In this document: positions 29,530 to 40,154 of the stretch, piece after piece
Position numbering within the stretch: the first letter of the stretch is position 1
Layout of the letters: each line of letters opens with the position of its first letter
Program-made: the position numbers and the translations under genes
The notes under the pieces: generated by a model
Databases searched by the model: none
Told to the model about the DNA's origin: nothing
The model's input: only the letters and a program-made list of their open reading frames with translations
Assembly: GCA_040901675.1 (NCBI GenBank)
Contig: JBBDYJ010000031.1
Span: forward strand, 25,220 to 89,219
Source of the DNA: Pirellulales bacterium
GTDB lineage: Bacteria; Planctomycetota; Planctomycetia; Pirellulales; JAICIG01
Length of the DNA: 64,000 nt
Reading direction: 5' to 3'

Positions 29530-30104
29530 TACTACCCCTATAGCTTGCAGAGGCCGCGGTCGCCAGCATTTTGCCGAGATTGCGGACCGCCAGGGTAGGA
29601 ACCTGGCGAATCCGCCCCATTCCCCGGCAATAGAAACGAGCAGCCGCACTGCCAGGTTCCGACGCATCTCGACCGCCTCGGCCTCGATCGCCTTGAGGCC
29701 CTGAGGCACTCGGCAGTTTTCGCCTGACGAGCACTGTTAAACGTCTCTTAGCCCCCCAACGGCGCTCCGGCAGTCAATAGCCCACGTGCGCAAGCCCTGG
29801 GAACGGTCACCACAGAAAGGAATTGTCGTAGACCGATGTCTCAGCATTGGTCCGTGATGTGGTCCACTCGCTCCGCGAGTGGTTCCTCGTTTCCACCACT
29901 CCGTCCGCCCGTGCTCCGTCCTTCCCTCGCCTTGTCGCCCCCTCGCCTCATCGGTCCCCTTCAGCCCTGGCCGCGGTCCTCCGCGATCGCTGCCAGCGAT
30001 TGCTGGTGGACCTGCCGGTGGACGCAACCGCGGGTATGCCCCCAGGGCGTGCCAAAACCTTGCGACGCCACGTCGGTCTCGGAGAGCACGATCTCGCCGG
30101 TGGC

Positions 30105-30174
30105 GTAGCGGATCGGTTCCTGGTAGCGGATCGGTTCCTGGAACCTTTAGATGGTCCTGGAACCTTTAGATGGT
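30105..30174. repeat. Two interlocked tandem duplications (18 bp x2, 19 bp x2)
   Basis: GTAGCGGATCGGTTCCTG x2; CCTGGAACCTTTAGATGGT x2. Confidence 0.9.
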
Positions 30175-30204
30175 CTCCGCTCTAGAAGACATCGGCAAAG
30201 GGCA

Positions 30205-30390
30205 GCTCATTTCGGAAGCCTTGCGGGGGCGACCGCGAGGGTGGAGAGTGTACTGAGGCTCCAAACGGCGGGCGGCTCGACGCTGGAGGCCGGCGATTCG
30301 AAGCGGGCGCCGCGGTTTACCGACCGGCGAAGGGCGGCCAGTTCCGCCTCGCTCTGCGGCCGATTCAACCGGGCCAACCACTTCGACAGC
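30205..30390 (-). pseudogene. Frameshifted C-terminal remnant of a REP-associated tyrosine transposase
   Basis: Frame 1 WLARLNRPQSEAELAALRRSVNRGARF, frame 2 YTLHPRGRPRK; resembles planctomycete RAYT C-termini from memory. Confidence 0.65.
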
Positions 30391-30681
30391 GTGCTGATCG
30401 ACCGCCGATGCAAGCGAGCAACTCCTCCATCGCTTGAATGTCTTTGGTACGCACTTTCTTTTCGTACCTTTTCCGGTTCTTTGTGGCAATCCCTCGTCCG
30501 ACGCGTTCGTCTCGTCCATCCGGCGAAACGCGACAGTAGGTCGAAGCAAGGAGGCAGGATGGAGCGACTCGCCGAGGACTCTGCACGGCCGAAAGCGATG
30601 GTGAAACCAGCCGCCCGGCCGAGCGGTATGAATGATGGGGATGGTGCGGGGCGGCTGGCGCAATATAAGGAGAATCGACGC

Positions 30682-31911
30682 ATGCTACGCACGTTGTTCG
30701 GTCTGGCCGTGGCGTTTGCCGCTGGCTTCCTCGGGCGGTCAAGTGCCCAGGGCGGCGAAGCGCCTTTGCTCGAAAAGTACCTGATCGAAGGGAAGCTCGC
30801 CGAAGGACACCAGGCGCTGAGCGCCCGTCTGGCGGAACGTGGTGACGACGCGCAAGCCCGCTTTGGGCTGGGAGTGCTGGAAATCTTGCAGGCCGTCGAG
30901 CGGCTCGCGCAGTCGCTCCACGAATACGGGCTGCGCAGCGAGTCGCCCAACCTGCCGTTTGTCCGTTTACCCGTGCCGAAGAACCCGGAGCCGGCAAAGA
31001 TCACCTACGAGGCTTGGCGAGGCGTCTTCCAGCAGTTGATCGACGACCTGTCTCGCGCCCAGGAGACGCTGGCCAAGGTGGACGACGACGATGTGAAGCT
31101 GCCGATACGCGTGGGACTCGTGCGGTTGGACTTGGATGGCGACGGCAAGGCCGGCGACGACGAGACCTTCTGGCGGGTGTTCACGGCGGTCGCCTGGCGG
31201 GCGGCCAAGCTGGACAACAAGCAGCAGGAGTTCCGCATCGGCTTCGACAAGGCCGACGTGCACTGGATGATAGGCTACACCTACCTGCTGCGCGCCCTGG
31301 CCGAAGGGTACCTGGCTCATGACACGGAGCAGTTCTTCAACGGCACGGCACATCTGTTTTTCGCCGGGGCGGAGTCTCCCTACGCCGGGATAGGCTCCGG
31401 TTCGGACCAGGGCCAGCAGATACCCGTGGACAGCATCGCCGAGGCGGTGCTGGCGATCCACTTGTTCAGCTTCGAGCCGGCTGAACCCCAACGGCTCCAG
31501 CGGGCGCACGGCCACCTGTTGAGCATGATCGACCAAAGCCGCAAATGCTGGCACCACGCCATGCGCGAAACGGACGACGACCGCGAGTGGATTCCCAATG
31601 CGCGGCAAACCAGCTTGACTCCCTTGACCGTGACTCCCCAGCGCGTGCAAAGCTGGAAACGCTTCCTGGACGAAGCCGAGGCCATCCTCCAGGGCGAGAA
31701 GCTGGTCCCGCACTGGAGGATCCGCGAGCGTGGCGTCAATTTGCGCAGGGTCTTTCATGAACCAACGACCTTCGACCTGGTAAAGTGGGTCCACGGCGCG
31801 GCCGCGGTGCCATATCTCGAAGACGGCCCGCGAACCGACCGGCAAACATGGCGGCAACTGAGCGCTGCTTTCGAGGGCCGCTTTCTGGCCTTCGCCGTCT
31901 GGTTCCAATGA
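30682..31911 (+). CDS. Secreted helical hypothetical protein
   Basis: AAGGAG RBS; signal peptide; DLDGDG EF-hand-like loop; ends FAVWFQ. Confidence 0.75.
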   Translation: MLRTLFGLAVAFAAGFLGRSSAQGGEAPLLEKYLIEGKLAEGHQALSARLAERGDDAQARFGLGVLEILQAVERLAQSLHEYGLRSESPNLPFVRLPVPKNPEPAKITYEAWRGVFQQLIDDLSRAQETLAKVDDDDVKLPIRVGLVRLDLDGDGKAGDDETFWRVFTAVAWRAAKLDNKQQEFRIGFDKADVHWMIGYTYLLRALAEGYLAHDTEQFFNGTAHLFFAGAESPYAGIGSGSDQGQQIPVDSIAEAVLAIHLFSFEPAEPQRLQRAHGHLLSMIDQSRKCWHHAMRETDDDREWIPNARQTSLTPLTVTPQRVQSWKRFLDEAEAILQGEKLVPHWRIRERGVNLRRVFHEPTTFDLVKWVHGAAAVPYLEDGPRTDRQTWRQLSAAFEGRFLAFAVWFQ

Positions 31912-32062
31912 GGAAGGGGCGAGCGGGGGAAGGGGGGAAGGGGGGACACGGACGAGGAGGGACGAAGACTGGGGCACGCTAACGCTTTGCCCCAGGCACC
32001 CGCGCGGGCCGCTTTTTGGCCTTTGCCGTCTGGTTTCAATGAGCGGCCGAGTTTGGAGGGAT

Positions 32063-32929
32063 CTAAAGCAAAAGCTCGGGCCGCTCCAGGCACTCCACGA
32101 TCCGACTGAGAAAGGCCGCGGCGGGACCGCCGTCGAGCACGCGATGGTCGACCGAAAGCGTGAGGCGCAACGTCGGCCGGACGGTGAGCTGGTTGCTCAA
32201 GACAAACGGGCGGGCCGCGATCGATCCCGTGGCCAACATCGTGCTCTGCGGAGGCATCAGCACGGCGGCGAACTCGTCGACGCGGCCCGGGCCGAGGTTG
32301 GTGAGACTGCTGGCGCCGCCGCCCATGGCCGCGGCCGGCAGCCGGCCGGCGCGGGCGGCAGAGACCAGTTCAGACCGCTTTCTGGCCAACTGGTCCAAGG
32401 GCAGTTGATCGGCCTGGCGGATCATGCCGACCAGCAGACCGTCGTCCAGGGCCACTACGAGTCCCACGTCGACCGAGGGCATCTGAACCACGGCGTCGTT
32501 ATGCCAGACGCGGTTGGCCCGCGGACAATCGCGCAGGCCGCGGGCCTGCGCGCGCAAGATGAGGTCGGTCAAGGTGAGCCGCACGCCGGCTTGCTCCTGG
32601 ATCGGCCCGATCAGCCGCTGGCGCAAGGCGATGAGCAGACTCATGTCGGCCTCGGCCCGCAGATAGAAGTGCGGCGCGGTGGCAAAGCTCTCGCTGGTGC
32701 GGCGGGCGATGCCGCGGCGCATGGAAGGGGCGGCGCCTGCTTGACCGACTGCCGCCAGCACGTCGGCTTCCACAATCCGCCCGCCGGGGCCGGAGCCGCG
32801 GACTCGACGCGGATCCAGCGCATGTTGCCGCATCGCCCGCCGGGCCCGCGGCGAGGCGACCACTCGGTCCGCGCGAGCGGCAGTGGCCCGGTTCTCGACC
32901 TCGGTGCTAGCGAAATGGCTGAGCGACAT
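32063..32929 (-). CDS. 2-oxoacid dehydrogenase E2 acyltransferase (E3-binding + catalytic domain, no lipoyl domain)
   Basis: ASPRARR..GSGPGGRIVEADV; APHFYL; LTLSVDHRVLDG. Confidence 0.88.
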   Translation of the reverse strand: MSLSHFASTEVENRATAARADRVVASPRARRAMRQHALDPRRVRGSGPGGRIVEADVLAAVGQAGAAPSMRRGIARRTSESFATAPHFYLRAEADMSLLIALRQRLIGPIQEQAGVRLTLTDLILRAQARGLRDCPRANRVWHNDAVVQMPSVDVGLVVALDDGLLVGMIRQADQLPLDQLARKRSELVSAARAGRLPAAAMGGGASSLTNLGPGRVDEFAAVLMPPQSTMLATGSIAARPFVLSNQLTVRPTLRLTLSVDHRVLDGGPAAAFLSRIVECLERPELLL

Positions 32930-32960
32930 GGAGTCTCGTCTTGTCTTGTCGAAGCAACTT

Positions 32961-35363
32961 CTAGCTGGGTCGGATCGTGCCGATTTGCTGGCCCAAGAGC
33001 ACCACCGATCCCTCGCCGGCCAGGATCTCGACCAGCGTGCCGTCCAGCGGCGCCTCGACACTGAACGTGGCCTTGTCGGTCTCGACGTCGACGACTCCTT
33101 CGCCGGCTGCCACGCTCTGGCCCACCTGCTTCAACCAGCCGACAATCGTGCCCTCGGTAATCGTCAGGTCCTGGTTGGGCATGATCAGCGGGACGCCGTC
33201 GGCCGTCGACTGCTTGGCGCCGCCCGGCTCGCGAGCTTTTTCTGCCGGCTGATCGGCCTTGCCCGCGGGCGCCGCGGCACCAGGCCGCGGCGGTGCCTGC
33301 GACCCTCGCAGACGCCTGGGCAGCGGCGGGCGGCCGGCGATGACGTCCTGGACGGCGGCCATGATCTTTTCCACCGTGACGATCACCTCGTTCTCGTGTG
33401 CAGGGCTGAAGGGCTGGGCCACGGGGTCGGTGTGCAGGCGGCCCACCGGCGCGTCGAGCTCGTCGAAGGCCTGTTCCATGATCGTGGCGGCAATCTCGGC
33501 CCCCAAGCCGCACATGGAAAAGGCCTCGTCCACCACCAGCAGCCGTCCGGTCTTGGCCAGACTGGCGATGATGGTGCCGGTGTCCAAAGGCACGATCGTG
33601 CGCAGATCGATTACTTCGCAGGAGATGTTCTGAGCGTCGAGCCGCTCGGCGGCCTCCAGGCAGCGCGCTACCAAGGCGCCGCAGGAGACCAAGGTGATCT
33701 GGGTCCCCTCGCGGGCGACCCGGGCCTGGCCGAAAGGCACCAGATGCTCGCCGGCGGGTACCGGGCCCTTGCTGGAAAACAGGGCCTTGGGTTCCATGAA
33801 CAGCACGGGGTCCGACGCCCGCAGCGCCGTCTTGAACAAGCTTTTCGCATCGGCCGGGTTCGAAGGCACAACCACGATCAAGCCGGGACAGTGGGCCCAC
33901 ATCGGATAATAGGCGCCGCTGTGGTGGGGCCCAGTGCTCTTGACGGTGCCCATCGGCGCGCGGATGACCATTGGCACTCCGATCTGCCCGTTGCTCATGT
34001 AGCGCAGTTTGCCGGCCTGCTCGACGATCTGGCTGGCCGCCTCGAACATGAAATCGGCGAACATCACGTCGGCCACCGTGCGGCAACCGCTGGCCGAAGC
34101 GCCGATGGCCGCCCCGGTGAACCCCAGCTCGGCGATCGGCGTGTCGATCATTCGTTTGCCGCCGAACTCTTGCCACAGGCCCTTGGTGTGGGCGAAGCTG
34201 CCGCCGCGCTCGCCCGTCCCCTCTCCCAGGTAGATGATGTGTGGATCGCGGCGCATCTCTTCGGCAATGCCGTCGCGGACGGCCTCCAGCCAACCTTGCA
34301 CGGCGGTTTGGCCTTGCTTGTCGGGCGACGTCACTGGCAGGGGCGGGTGCAGCGGTTCGCCCCACACGTGATCGTTGGCGGCAGCCGGATCGGGATGCGG
34401 CGACGAGCGGGCGAATTCGACGGCGGCGAGCACGCGCTGTTCGACGCGGCCGGCAATGGCCCCCAGATCGCCCTCGCTGGCCCGGCCCGCTTCGAGCAAT
34501 CGACGCCGAAAGTTCTGGATGGGACAGCGGCCTTTCCACTCGTCCAGTTCCTCCTGCGTGCGGTACGTGCCGACCAGCGGATCGCCCTCATGGTGCCCCA
34601 CGGTGCGGTACGTCTTGGCTTCGATCAGCGTAGGGCCGCCACCCGAGCGGGCCCGTTCGATCGCCTGCCGGGCAACCTGGTACACGGCCAGCACGTCATT
34701 TCCATCGACGGCCACGCCGGGTATACCGTAGGACGCGGCCTTGGTCGCGACCTCGGTGTTGCGGGTGGCCAGCGACAGCGGCGTGGCGGTGGCGTACAGG
34801 TTGTTCTCGCAGACGAAGACGACCGGCGCATCCTGGGCCCCGGCGAAGTTGAGCGATTCGTGAAACGCGCCGTGGTTCACCGCCCCGTCGCCGAAGAATG
34901 CCACCGCCACCTGGTCCGTGCCGCGGCACCTGGCCGACAGCCCCAGGCCGACCGTGGCCGGAAGCCCGCCGCCGACGAAGCCGTTGGTTCCGAACAGGCC
35001 GTGCTGGGGTGCATAAAGGTGCATGCTGCCGCCCCGCCCGCCGCAACAGCCGCCGGCCCTGCCATAGAGCTCGGCCAGCACGGCCTCGGGCGGCACCCCC
35101 TTGGCCAGCGCGTGCCCGTGCCCGCGATGCGTGCTGGTAATCCAATCGTCCGGCCGCAGATGAGCGCAGACGCCGACGGCGGTGGCTTCCTCGCCCACGT
35201 AGAGGTGGATGAAGCCGGGCATCTCGCCTTTCTTGTAGACTTCCTGCGCCTTGAGCTCGAAGCGGCGGATGAGCAGCATCTGCTCGTACAGCCGCAGGAG
35301 TTCGGAGCTGTCCAGCTCCAGCGGCTCGGCCTCGATGCTGCTCGGTCGCTCAGTCGTGCTCAT
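32961..35363 (-). CDS. 2-oxoacid/acetoin dehydrogenase E1 alpha-beta fusion with C-terminal lipoyl domain
   Basis: STHRGHGH, FFGDGA..NN TPP motif, DTPIAE, GPHHS, EVIDLRT, VETDKA lipoyl-lysine. Confidence 0.92.
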   Translation of the reverse strand: MSTTERPSSIEAEPLELDSSELLRLYEQMLLIRRFELKAQEVYKKGEMPGFIHLYVGEEATAVGVCAHLRPDDWITSTHRGHGHALAKGVPPEAVLAELYGRAGGCCGGRGGSMHLYAPQHGLFGTNGFVGGGLPATVGLGLSARCRGTDQVAVAFFGDGAVNHGAFHESLNFAGAQDAPVVFVCENNLYATATPLSLATRNTEVATKAASYGIPGVAVDGNDVLAVYQVARQAIERARSGGGPTLIEAKTYRTVGHHEGDPLVGTYRTQEELDEWKGRCPIQNFRRRLLEAGRASEGDLGAIAGRVEQRVLAAVEFARSSPHPDPAAANDHVWGEPLHPPLPVTSPDKQGQTAVQGWLEAVRDGIAEEMRRDPHIIYLGEGTGERGGSFAHTKGLWQEFGGKRMIDTPIAELGFTGAAIGASASGCRTVADVMFADFMFEAASQIVEQAGKLRYMSNGQIGVPMVIRAPMGTVKSTGPHHSGAYYPMWAHCPGLIVVVPSNPADAKSLFKTALRASDPVLFMEPKALFSSKGPVPAGEHLVPFGQARVAREGTQITLVSCGALVARCLEAAERLDAQNISCEVIDLRTIVPLDTGTIIASLAKTGRLLVVDEAFSMCGLGAEIAATIMEQAFDELDAPVGRLHTDPVAQPFSPAHENEVIVTVEKIMAAVQDVIAGRPPLPRRLRGSQAPPRPGAAAPAGKADQPAEKAREPGGAKQSTADGVPLIMPNQDLTITEGTIVGWLKQVGQSVAAGEGVVDVETDKATFSVEAPLDGTLVEILAGEGSVVLLGQQIGTIRPS

Positions 35364-35370
35364 CTTGTGC

Positions 35371-36642
35371 TCAATCCTGCCAGAACGTCGATTCACGTGG
35401 AGCCTGGTAGCGAATGGCCAGGTGGGGCGTCTCGATGCGGGCCTGGCCGCCGGCGAGCGACTGCATGCCGGCAGCCACCAGGCCGGTCGTCAGCAGCGTG
35501 CGCTCGACCGGGTAGGGCGGCTTGCCGGTTTCGAACATCTCCTCGACGTTCGCCATCAGGGCCGCCGAGTACACGACGTTGGGGTTGGGCGGCAGATAGA
35601 AGAGCGTGGAAAGCGGCTCGGAGCGGCCCTGCAGCCGGGCCGCGAACGTGAAATCGCCGACCAGGCCGTTCATCAACAGCATGGTCGCCTTCAGGCCGTC
35701 GGCATACTCGAAACGGTAGGCGACCGGCTCCTTGACCCACTGCCGAATCTGCTCGACGGTTGGATAGCGATGGCTGAACGTTTCCGGTTGTGCCAGCGTT
35801 TGGCTGCGCGACAGGCATGCTTCAAACAGGCGGGGATCCCAGCCCCCCTGCTGCCACGACGGGGCCGCCATGGCCTTCCAGACCGGCTCGCCTCGCAGCG
35901 CCTGCAGGGCCATCACGCCCGTTTCACCCCCGCGCCGCCGCTCCGCCATGCACTGGATCACTTCCAGCGCGTGGAAGTCGTAGCTGTCGACGCCGCCCAT
36001 GGCCACGCACAATACCTCCTCCACGCCGCTTCCGTAGGGCATGTCGATCGCCGGCATCCGCCAGGTGACAGGAAGCGACGAACCGGCCAGAACGGGGAAG
36101 CCCAGCGAGCGGGCCGTATCGACCATTTCGCTGGCCCACTGCCACTTCCAGGAAAGATGCTTGTCGTTAAACACCGGCGCTGTCCGCCCATCCCGGCGAA
36201 AGACCTCGGCCACCTGCTGGAAAAACTCGTAGCGCGGGTAGAGCTTCTGCCCCAGCTCGTTGGTCGGATAATCGCCGTGCTCGCCGATGATCAGCACGGC
36301 ATCGACCGCCAGTTGCCCTGAGCCGTTCCGGAGCGCTTCGGCGATGGTCGGATAGATCGTGAAGCCGAACTCGCCGGCTCGCTGCCGGCTCAGGTCGTTT
36401 TCGGGCGTTTGATCGACGTAGGCCGATACCACGTCGAATGCCGGCCGGTGCCATCGTCCCCCAACGGGATAACCGACCAGGAAGCGTTCGGCTATGTGCC
36501 AGGCATGGGAGAAGTACCGCCACTCGGTGGTCACGACGGCCATCTTCTTCCGAGCCTTGTCACCCGCGGGGGCCGCCGAGACGAGCGGAGCCGCGGCGAG
36601 GCCCGCGCCGACGGCGGCCAGAAACTCGCGTCTTTTCAGCAT
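35371..36642 (-). CDS. Tat-signal oxidoreductase-like protein (Gfo/Idh/MocA-like)
   Basis: KRREFL; VDAVLIIGEHGDY, VFNDKHLS, LAGSSLP, YDFHALE. Confidence 0.75.
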   Translation of the reverse strand: MLKRREFLAAVGAGLAAAPLVSAAPAGDKARKKMAVVTTEWRYFSHAWHIAERFLVGYPVGGRWHRPAFDVVSAYVDQTPENDLSRQRAGEFGFTIYPTIAEALRNGSGQLAVDAVLIIGEHGDYPTNELGQKLYPRYEFFQQVAEVFRRDGRTAPVFNDKHLSWKWQWASEMVDTARSLGFPVLAGSSLPVTWRMPAIDMPYGSGVEEVLCVAMGGVDSYDFHALEVIQCMAERRRGGETGVMALQALRGEPVWKAMAAPSWQQGGWDPRLFEACLSRSQTLAQPETFSHRYPTVEQIRQWVKEPVAYRFEYADGLKATMLLMNGLVGDFTFAARLQGRSEPLSTLFYLPPNPNVVYSAALMANVEEMFETGKPPYPVERTLLTTGLVAAGMQSLAGGQARIETPHLAIRYQAPRESTFWQD

Positions 36643-36742
36643 GGGATCCTCAAGATAGGCCAGTGGCTTGCAGGGACGTACGGACCGCCGCTTCGGGATC
36701 GCTGCCCGGACGTCCCGGCGAATACGCGAGTATAGACGTCGG

Positions 36743-38623
36743 TCAGGCCAAATTCCACACGGCGGCCTGCAGGCCGGGCGCGGCGAGTGGCTCGGCGCGG
36801 CGGACGCAACGGGCCGGAAAAGTGACCACGAACTCGCTTCCGCAGCCGGGCATGCTGCGGCACTGAATCGTGCCACCCAGGCTGGTGATGATGGTGTAGC
36901 TGATGGTCAGGCCCAGGCCGGTCCCCTGGCCCGGAGGCTTGGTCGTGAAGAATGGATCGAACATGCGGGACTGGGCTTCGTCGGTAATCCCCTTGCCGCT
37001 GTCCTGGATGCTTACGCTGACCCAGCCTTCGTGCTGCTCGGTGGTGACCGTGATGTCGCCTTCCCCCTCAATCGCCTGTTGGGCGTTGTTGAGAATGTTC
37101 ATGAAGACCTGGCTCAACTGGCCATAAGGGCCATGGATCCGCTCCACCGATCCGTAATCCCGCTGGATGGCAATGCGGTGCTTGACCTCGCTGAAGAGCA
37201 GGTTCAGGCAGACCTCCAGCGCCTCGTGCAGGTCGAACTCGTCGAACTCCTCGTTGCCCGGGTGGCAAAAGCTGCGCAGGTCGCTGATGATCCGAGCGGT
37301 GCGCGCCGCCCCGTTTTCGACGACGCCGGACAGCACCGAAAGCCTTTCCACCAGCTTGTCGATCTCGCGGGGGTCGGTGCCGGCGGGACTTGGCTCCTGA
37401 CCGCGCACAACCGGCTGCAGGATCTCTTGCAGCCGCCGGGCGCTTTGCGAGAGGGGCTTGACGCCGTTGTACACGGCATTGACCGAATTGTTCATCTCGT
37501 GGGCCAGGCCCGCCACCAACTGGCCGAGCGAGCTCATCTTTTCCGCCTGGATCAGTTGCGTCTGGGTCGCTTTCAAATCGCCGTAGGCCGACTCCAGCTC
37601 GCGATTGCGCTTGTCCAGATCGCGCCGACTCTTGTCCAGTTCCAAAGTACGCTCCTGGACCTTGGCTTCCAGGTTGGCATTCAAGTCGCGGATGGTGTAA
37701 TCGCTATGGGAAAGTTGCGCGACCATGGCGTTAAACTGCCGCGCCAACACGTCGATCTCGTCGTTGCCGGTCGACTCGACGCGCTCGTCCAGGTTTCCTT
37801 GCGCCACCCGCTTCATGCCCTGCACCAGCCGTCCCACGCGCGAAGCCACCGATTGAGCCAGCACCGTCGAGAAGGCCAGGCCGGCGCCCACCGCCACCAG
37901 CGAAATGTAACCGGTATGGATCCGCAGCCGGGTCAGCGCCTGCAGGTGGATTTCCGGGCGATGGATAATATTCGACGCCTGTTGCGCGGCCTGCGCGCCG
38001 ATCATGACGGCGGTGGTCGTGATGATCAGGCCGAAACACACGTTCAGCCGCACGCGCAGCTTGCTGGGCGGCAGCGCGTCGAACTCGATCCGCACCTGGT
38101 GCCGCAGCAGGTGCCGGATGACCGGTTGCATCGAACGCTCCACGACAAAGAACGTGCAGAGCACCGACATGGTAATACCCAACAGCGCGGCGACGGTGAT
38201 GTGGATCAGCCCGTATGGCTCGACTCCCGCCACTTTCCACATAAACAGCGTACACAGCGGGATCGTGCACAGCGGAATGACGACCGCCTCCAGCATGTGG
38301 TGTCGGCTGGCGAACAACACCGCCTGCCGGCTGGCGCGATGCGCCTCCACCAGCGGGATCGGCTGCCCGCGCTCAATCCGCGACAGCACCCGCCGGAGCG
38401 TTCCGGTCTCCCACAGCCCCATCAAGATGGTGGCCAGGACCGCCAGCGCCACCACAAAGGCGGCGATCACCCGGAAGTCGTCGCGCGCCTTGGGTTCGAG
38501 ATCCAGCGTGAGGTGCACGTAGTACACTACCAGGACGCCGCCCACGGAGCCGACCAGCCGCGTGAGCAGCAGAACCCACAGGATGTAGCGGGCGCCGAAT
38601 CGCTGAAGTAGTTGATCGCCCAT
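36743..38623 (-). CDS. Membrane sensor histidine kinase (multi-TM, HAMP, HisKA, HATPase)
   Basis: [50 protein letters not shown]. Confidence 0.93.
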   Translation of the reverse strand: MGDQLLQRFGARYILWVLLLTRLVGSVGGVLVVYYVHLTLDLEPKARDDFRVIAAFVVALAVLATILMGLWETGTLRRVLSRIERGQPIPLVEAHRASRQAVLFASRHHMLEAVVIPLCTIPLCTLFMWKVAGVEPYGLIHITVAALLGITMSVLCTFFVVERSMQPVIRHLLRHQVRIEFDALPPSKLRVRLNVCFGLIITTTAVMIGAQAAQQASNIIHRPEIHLQALTRLRIHTGYISLVAVGAGLAFSTVLAQSVASRVGRLVQGMKRVAQGNLDERVESTGNDEIDVLARQFNAMVAQLSHSDYTIRDLNANLEAKVQERTLELDKSRRDLDKRNRELESAYGDLKATQTQLIQAEKMSSLGQLVAGLAHEMNNSVNAVYNGVKPLSQSARRLQEILQPVVRGQEPSPAGTDPREIDKLVERLSVLSGVVENGAARTARIISDLRSFCHPGNEEFDEFDLHEALEVCLNLLFSEVKHRIAIQRDYGSVERIHGPYGQLSQVFMNILNNAQQAIEGEGDITVTTEQHEGWVSVSIQDSGKGITDEAQSRMFDPFFTTKPPGQGTGLGLTISYTIITSLGGTIQCRSMPGCGSEFVVTFPARCVRRAEPLAAPGLQAAVWNLA

Positions 38624-38876
38624 CGGCAGACGACGCAAGGCCCTGGTGTATTGCCATCGAGCCTCCCTGCCCAGACTACTGGTACGTTGCCTTCTACGTT
38701 ATCGACACAATCGGACGCCCGCGGCCAGCCGCAGGCGGCTGAGCGGTCTGAACCGGCTGGAAGGCCAGCCGCAATCAGCCGTCCGGCAGGCTGTAACGAG
38801 GATGACATCTATGACGCTAGAGCACGCCCCGGGCACCCCGCCCCGCTGGGAGCGGGGTGCCGTGAGGCAGGCCGGA

Positions 38877-39239
38877 TCACGAAGCTTTTCGGCACGATGG
38901 GTCGGACGAACACACCGTGCCCCAGGCGCGTGCAGGCAGCGTTTCCTTCGTGCGATCGACCGCGCGAGACCTGAGCTTCGCCACGATCGAGCCGCAGAGG
39001 CGCCGAGCCAGTCTGCTCAAGCGGGCATCGTCGTCCGCCCCCCCGCCGCCTGGCTGCCGCGGAATTCCCGCCGCCACGTACCGCGACAGGCGGGAGCGAC
39101 CATCGCTCGAGCGGGCCGTGCGACGCAGCACGACCGCCAGCAGCGGCGCCAGTTCCTCGGTGAACTGCTCCGCCGCCTGCACGTCGCCGCTGGAAACACG
39201 ATTACAGAGTTCCTGAATCGCCGAATCGGCGTCATTCAT
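38877..39239 (-). CDS. Small hypothetical protein, N-terminus like ECF sigma region 1.2/2
   Basis: QELCNRVSSGDVQAAEQF..LAPLL; no region 4 visible. Confidence 0.5.
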   Translation of the reverse strand: MNDADSAIQELCNRVSSGDVQAAEQFTEELAPLLAVVLRRTARSSDGRSRLSRYVAAGIPRQPGGGGADDDARLSRLARRLCGSIVAKLRSRAVDRTKETLPARAWGTVCSSDPSCRKAS

Positions 39240-39278
39240 GGTTCGCCTTTCAGTTGAAGTGTCGTTGGAAGGTGAGCT

Positions 39279-40154
39279 TCAGATGTTGTCCACCCAGTCA
39301 CTCTTGATGTTCGAGTCCAAGCCCCACCAATCGGTGGTTTGGGCGGTCACCTCACCCTGAGCTCCCGGTTGCATTTGCACCATGATGTAGAAGTAGCCGC
39401 TGGCATTGACCGTTGCGGTGTGACCCGCCAGCAGTCCGCCAAAGGTGACGACCAGGCCTTCACGCCATTCGTCCGAAACGTGCCCCTCGAACTTCCAGAA
39501 GCCGTCCAGATCAGCCGAGGCATTGAAATAGGTGATCGTCGGAGCATTGCTGATAACGTTCTCATTGACCGGACTCGACGAAAGCCCCCACACATCCGTG
39601 GTGGTAGCGGTGATGGTCCCCAGCCCGCTCGCCTGGGTGGTATAGGTAAATTCGCCACCGGAATTGGCGACCGCGGAACCGGAAACCACCCCCGTGAATG
39701 TCACCGTCAGGCCGCCCGGCGCTTCGTCGAAGATCCAACCGGTAATCGTGACCATGCGGTCCGGTCCCGATTCCTGCACCGTGAAGCCGAGCCACGGCGC
39801 GTTGCTCCGCACGGCCGCGTCCCGGTAGGAGGCACCTTCCGAGTCCGAGGCCGTTGCAGTCACCGTCCCCAGGCTAGTGGCCGTCCCGACATACGAAAAC
39901 GAGCCGCTGGAGTTAACGGTCGTGGATCCAGTCATGACTCCAGTGAAATTGACCGTCACGCCCAGCGGAAAGTCGTCCGCCACCATGCCCCCCAGGTTCA
40001 CGGTCTTGCCGGGACCGTGGGCATACGTGTCGAACGACGTGATCCACGGCATGGTCAGGCACAAGCGGTCCTCCAGCCTCTCGAAACGGCGAGGTGAGGA
40101 AGCAGGACGACGACGGGGGGCCGGACGGTTTTGCAGCCCAAGAAACTTGAACAT
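39279..40154 (-). CDS. Planctomycete extracellular protein with three tandem Ig-like repeats
   Basis: GGAGG RBS; RRFERLEDRLCL leader; three about 80-aa repeats G.V.D..GL.VTF.G..N.SG.F..G.VTA.TTD; lower GC. Confidence 0.8.
   Translation of the reverse strand: MFKFLGLQNRPAPRRRPASSPRRFERLEDRLCLTMPWITSFDTYAHGPGKTVNLGGMVADDFPLGVTVNFTGVMTGSTTVNSSGSFSYVGTATSLGTVTATASDSEGASYRDAAVRSNAPWLGFTVQESGPDRMVTITGWIFDEAPGGLTVTFTGVVSGSAVANSGGEFTYTTQASGLGTITATTTDVWGLSSSPVNENVISNAPTITYFNASADLDGFWKFEGHVSDEWREGLVVTFGGLLAGHTATVNASGYFYIMVQMQPGAQGEVTAQTTDWWGLDSNIKSDWVDNI

Noticed and set aside
31911..31975. G-quadruplex-capable G-runs (also 40574-40610)
   Set aside because: Expected at this GC content; no independent evidence
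31875..32043. Diversity-generating retroelement VR/TR pair
   Set aside because: Differences are C/T and synonymous on the coding strand, not at adenines; only 38 bp; no reverse transcriptase in the window
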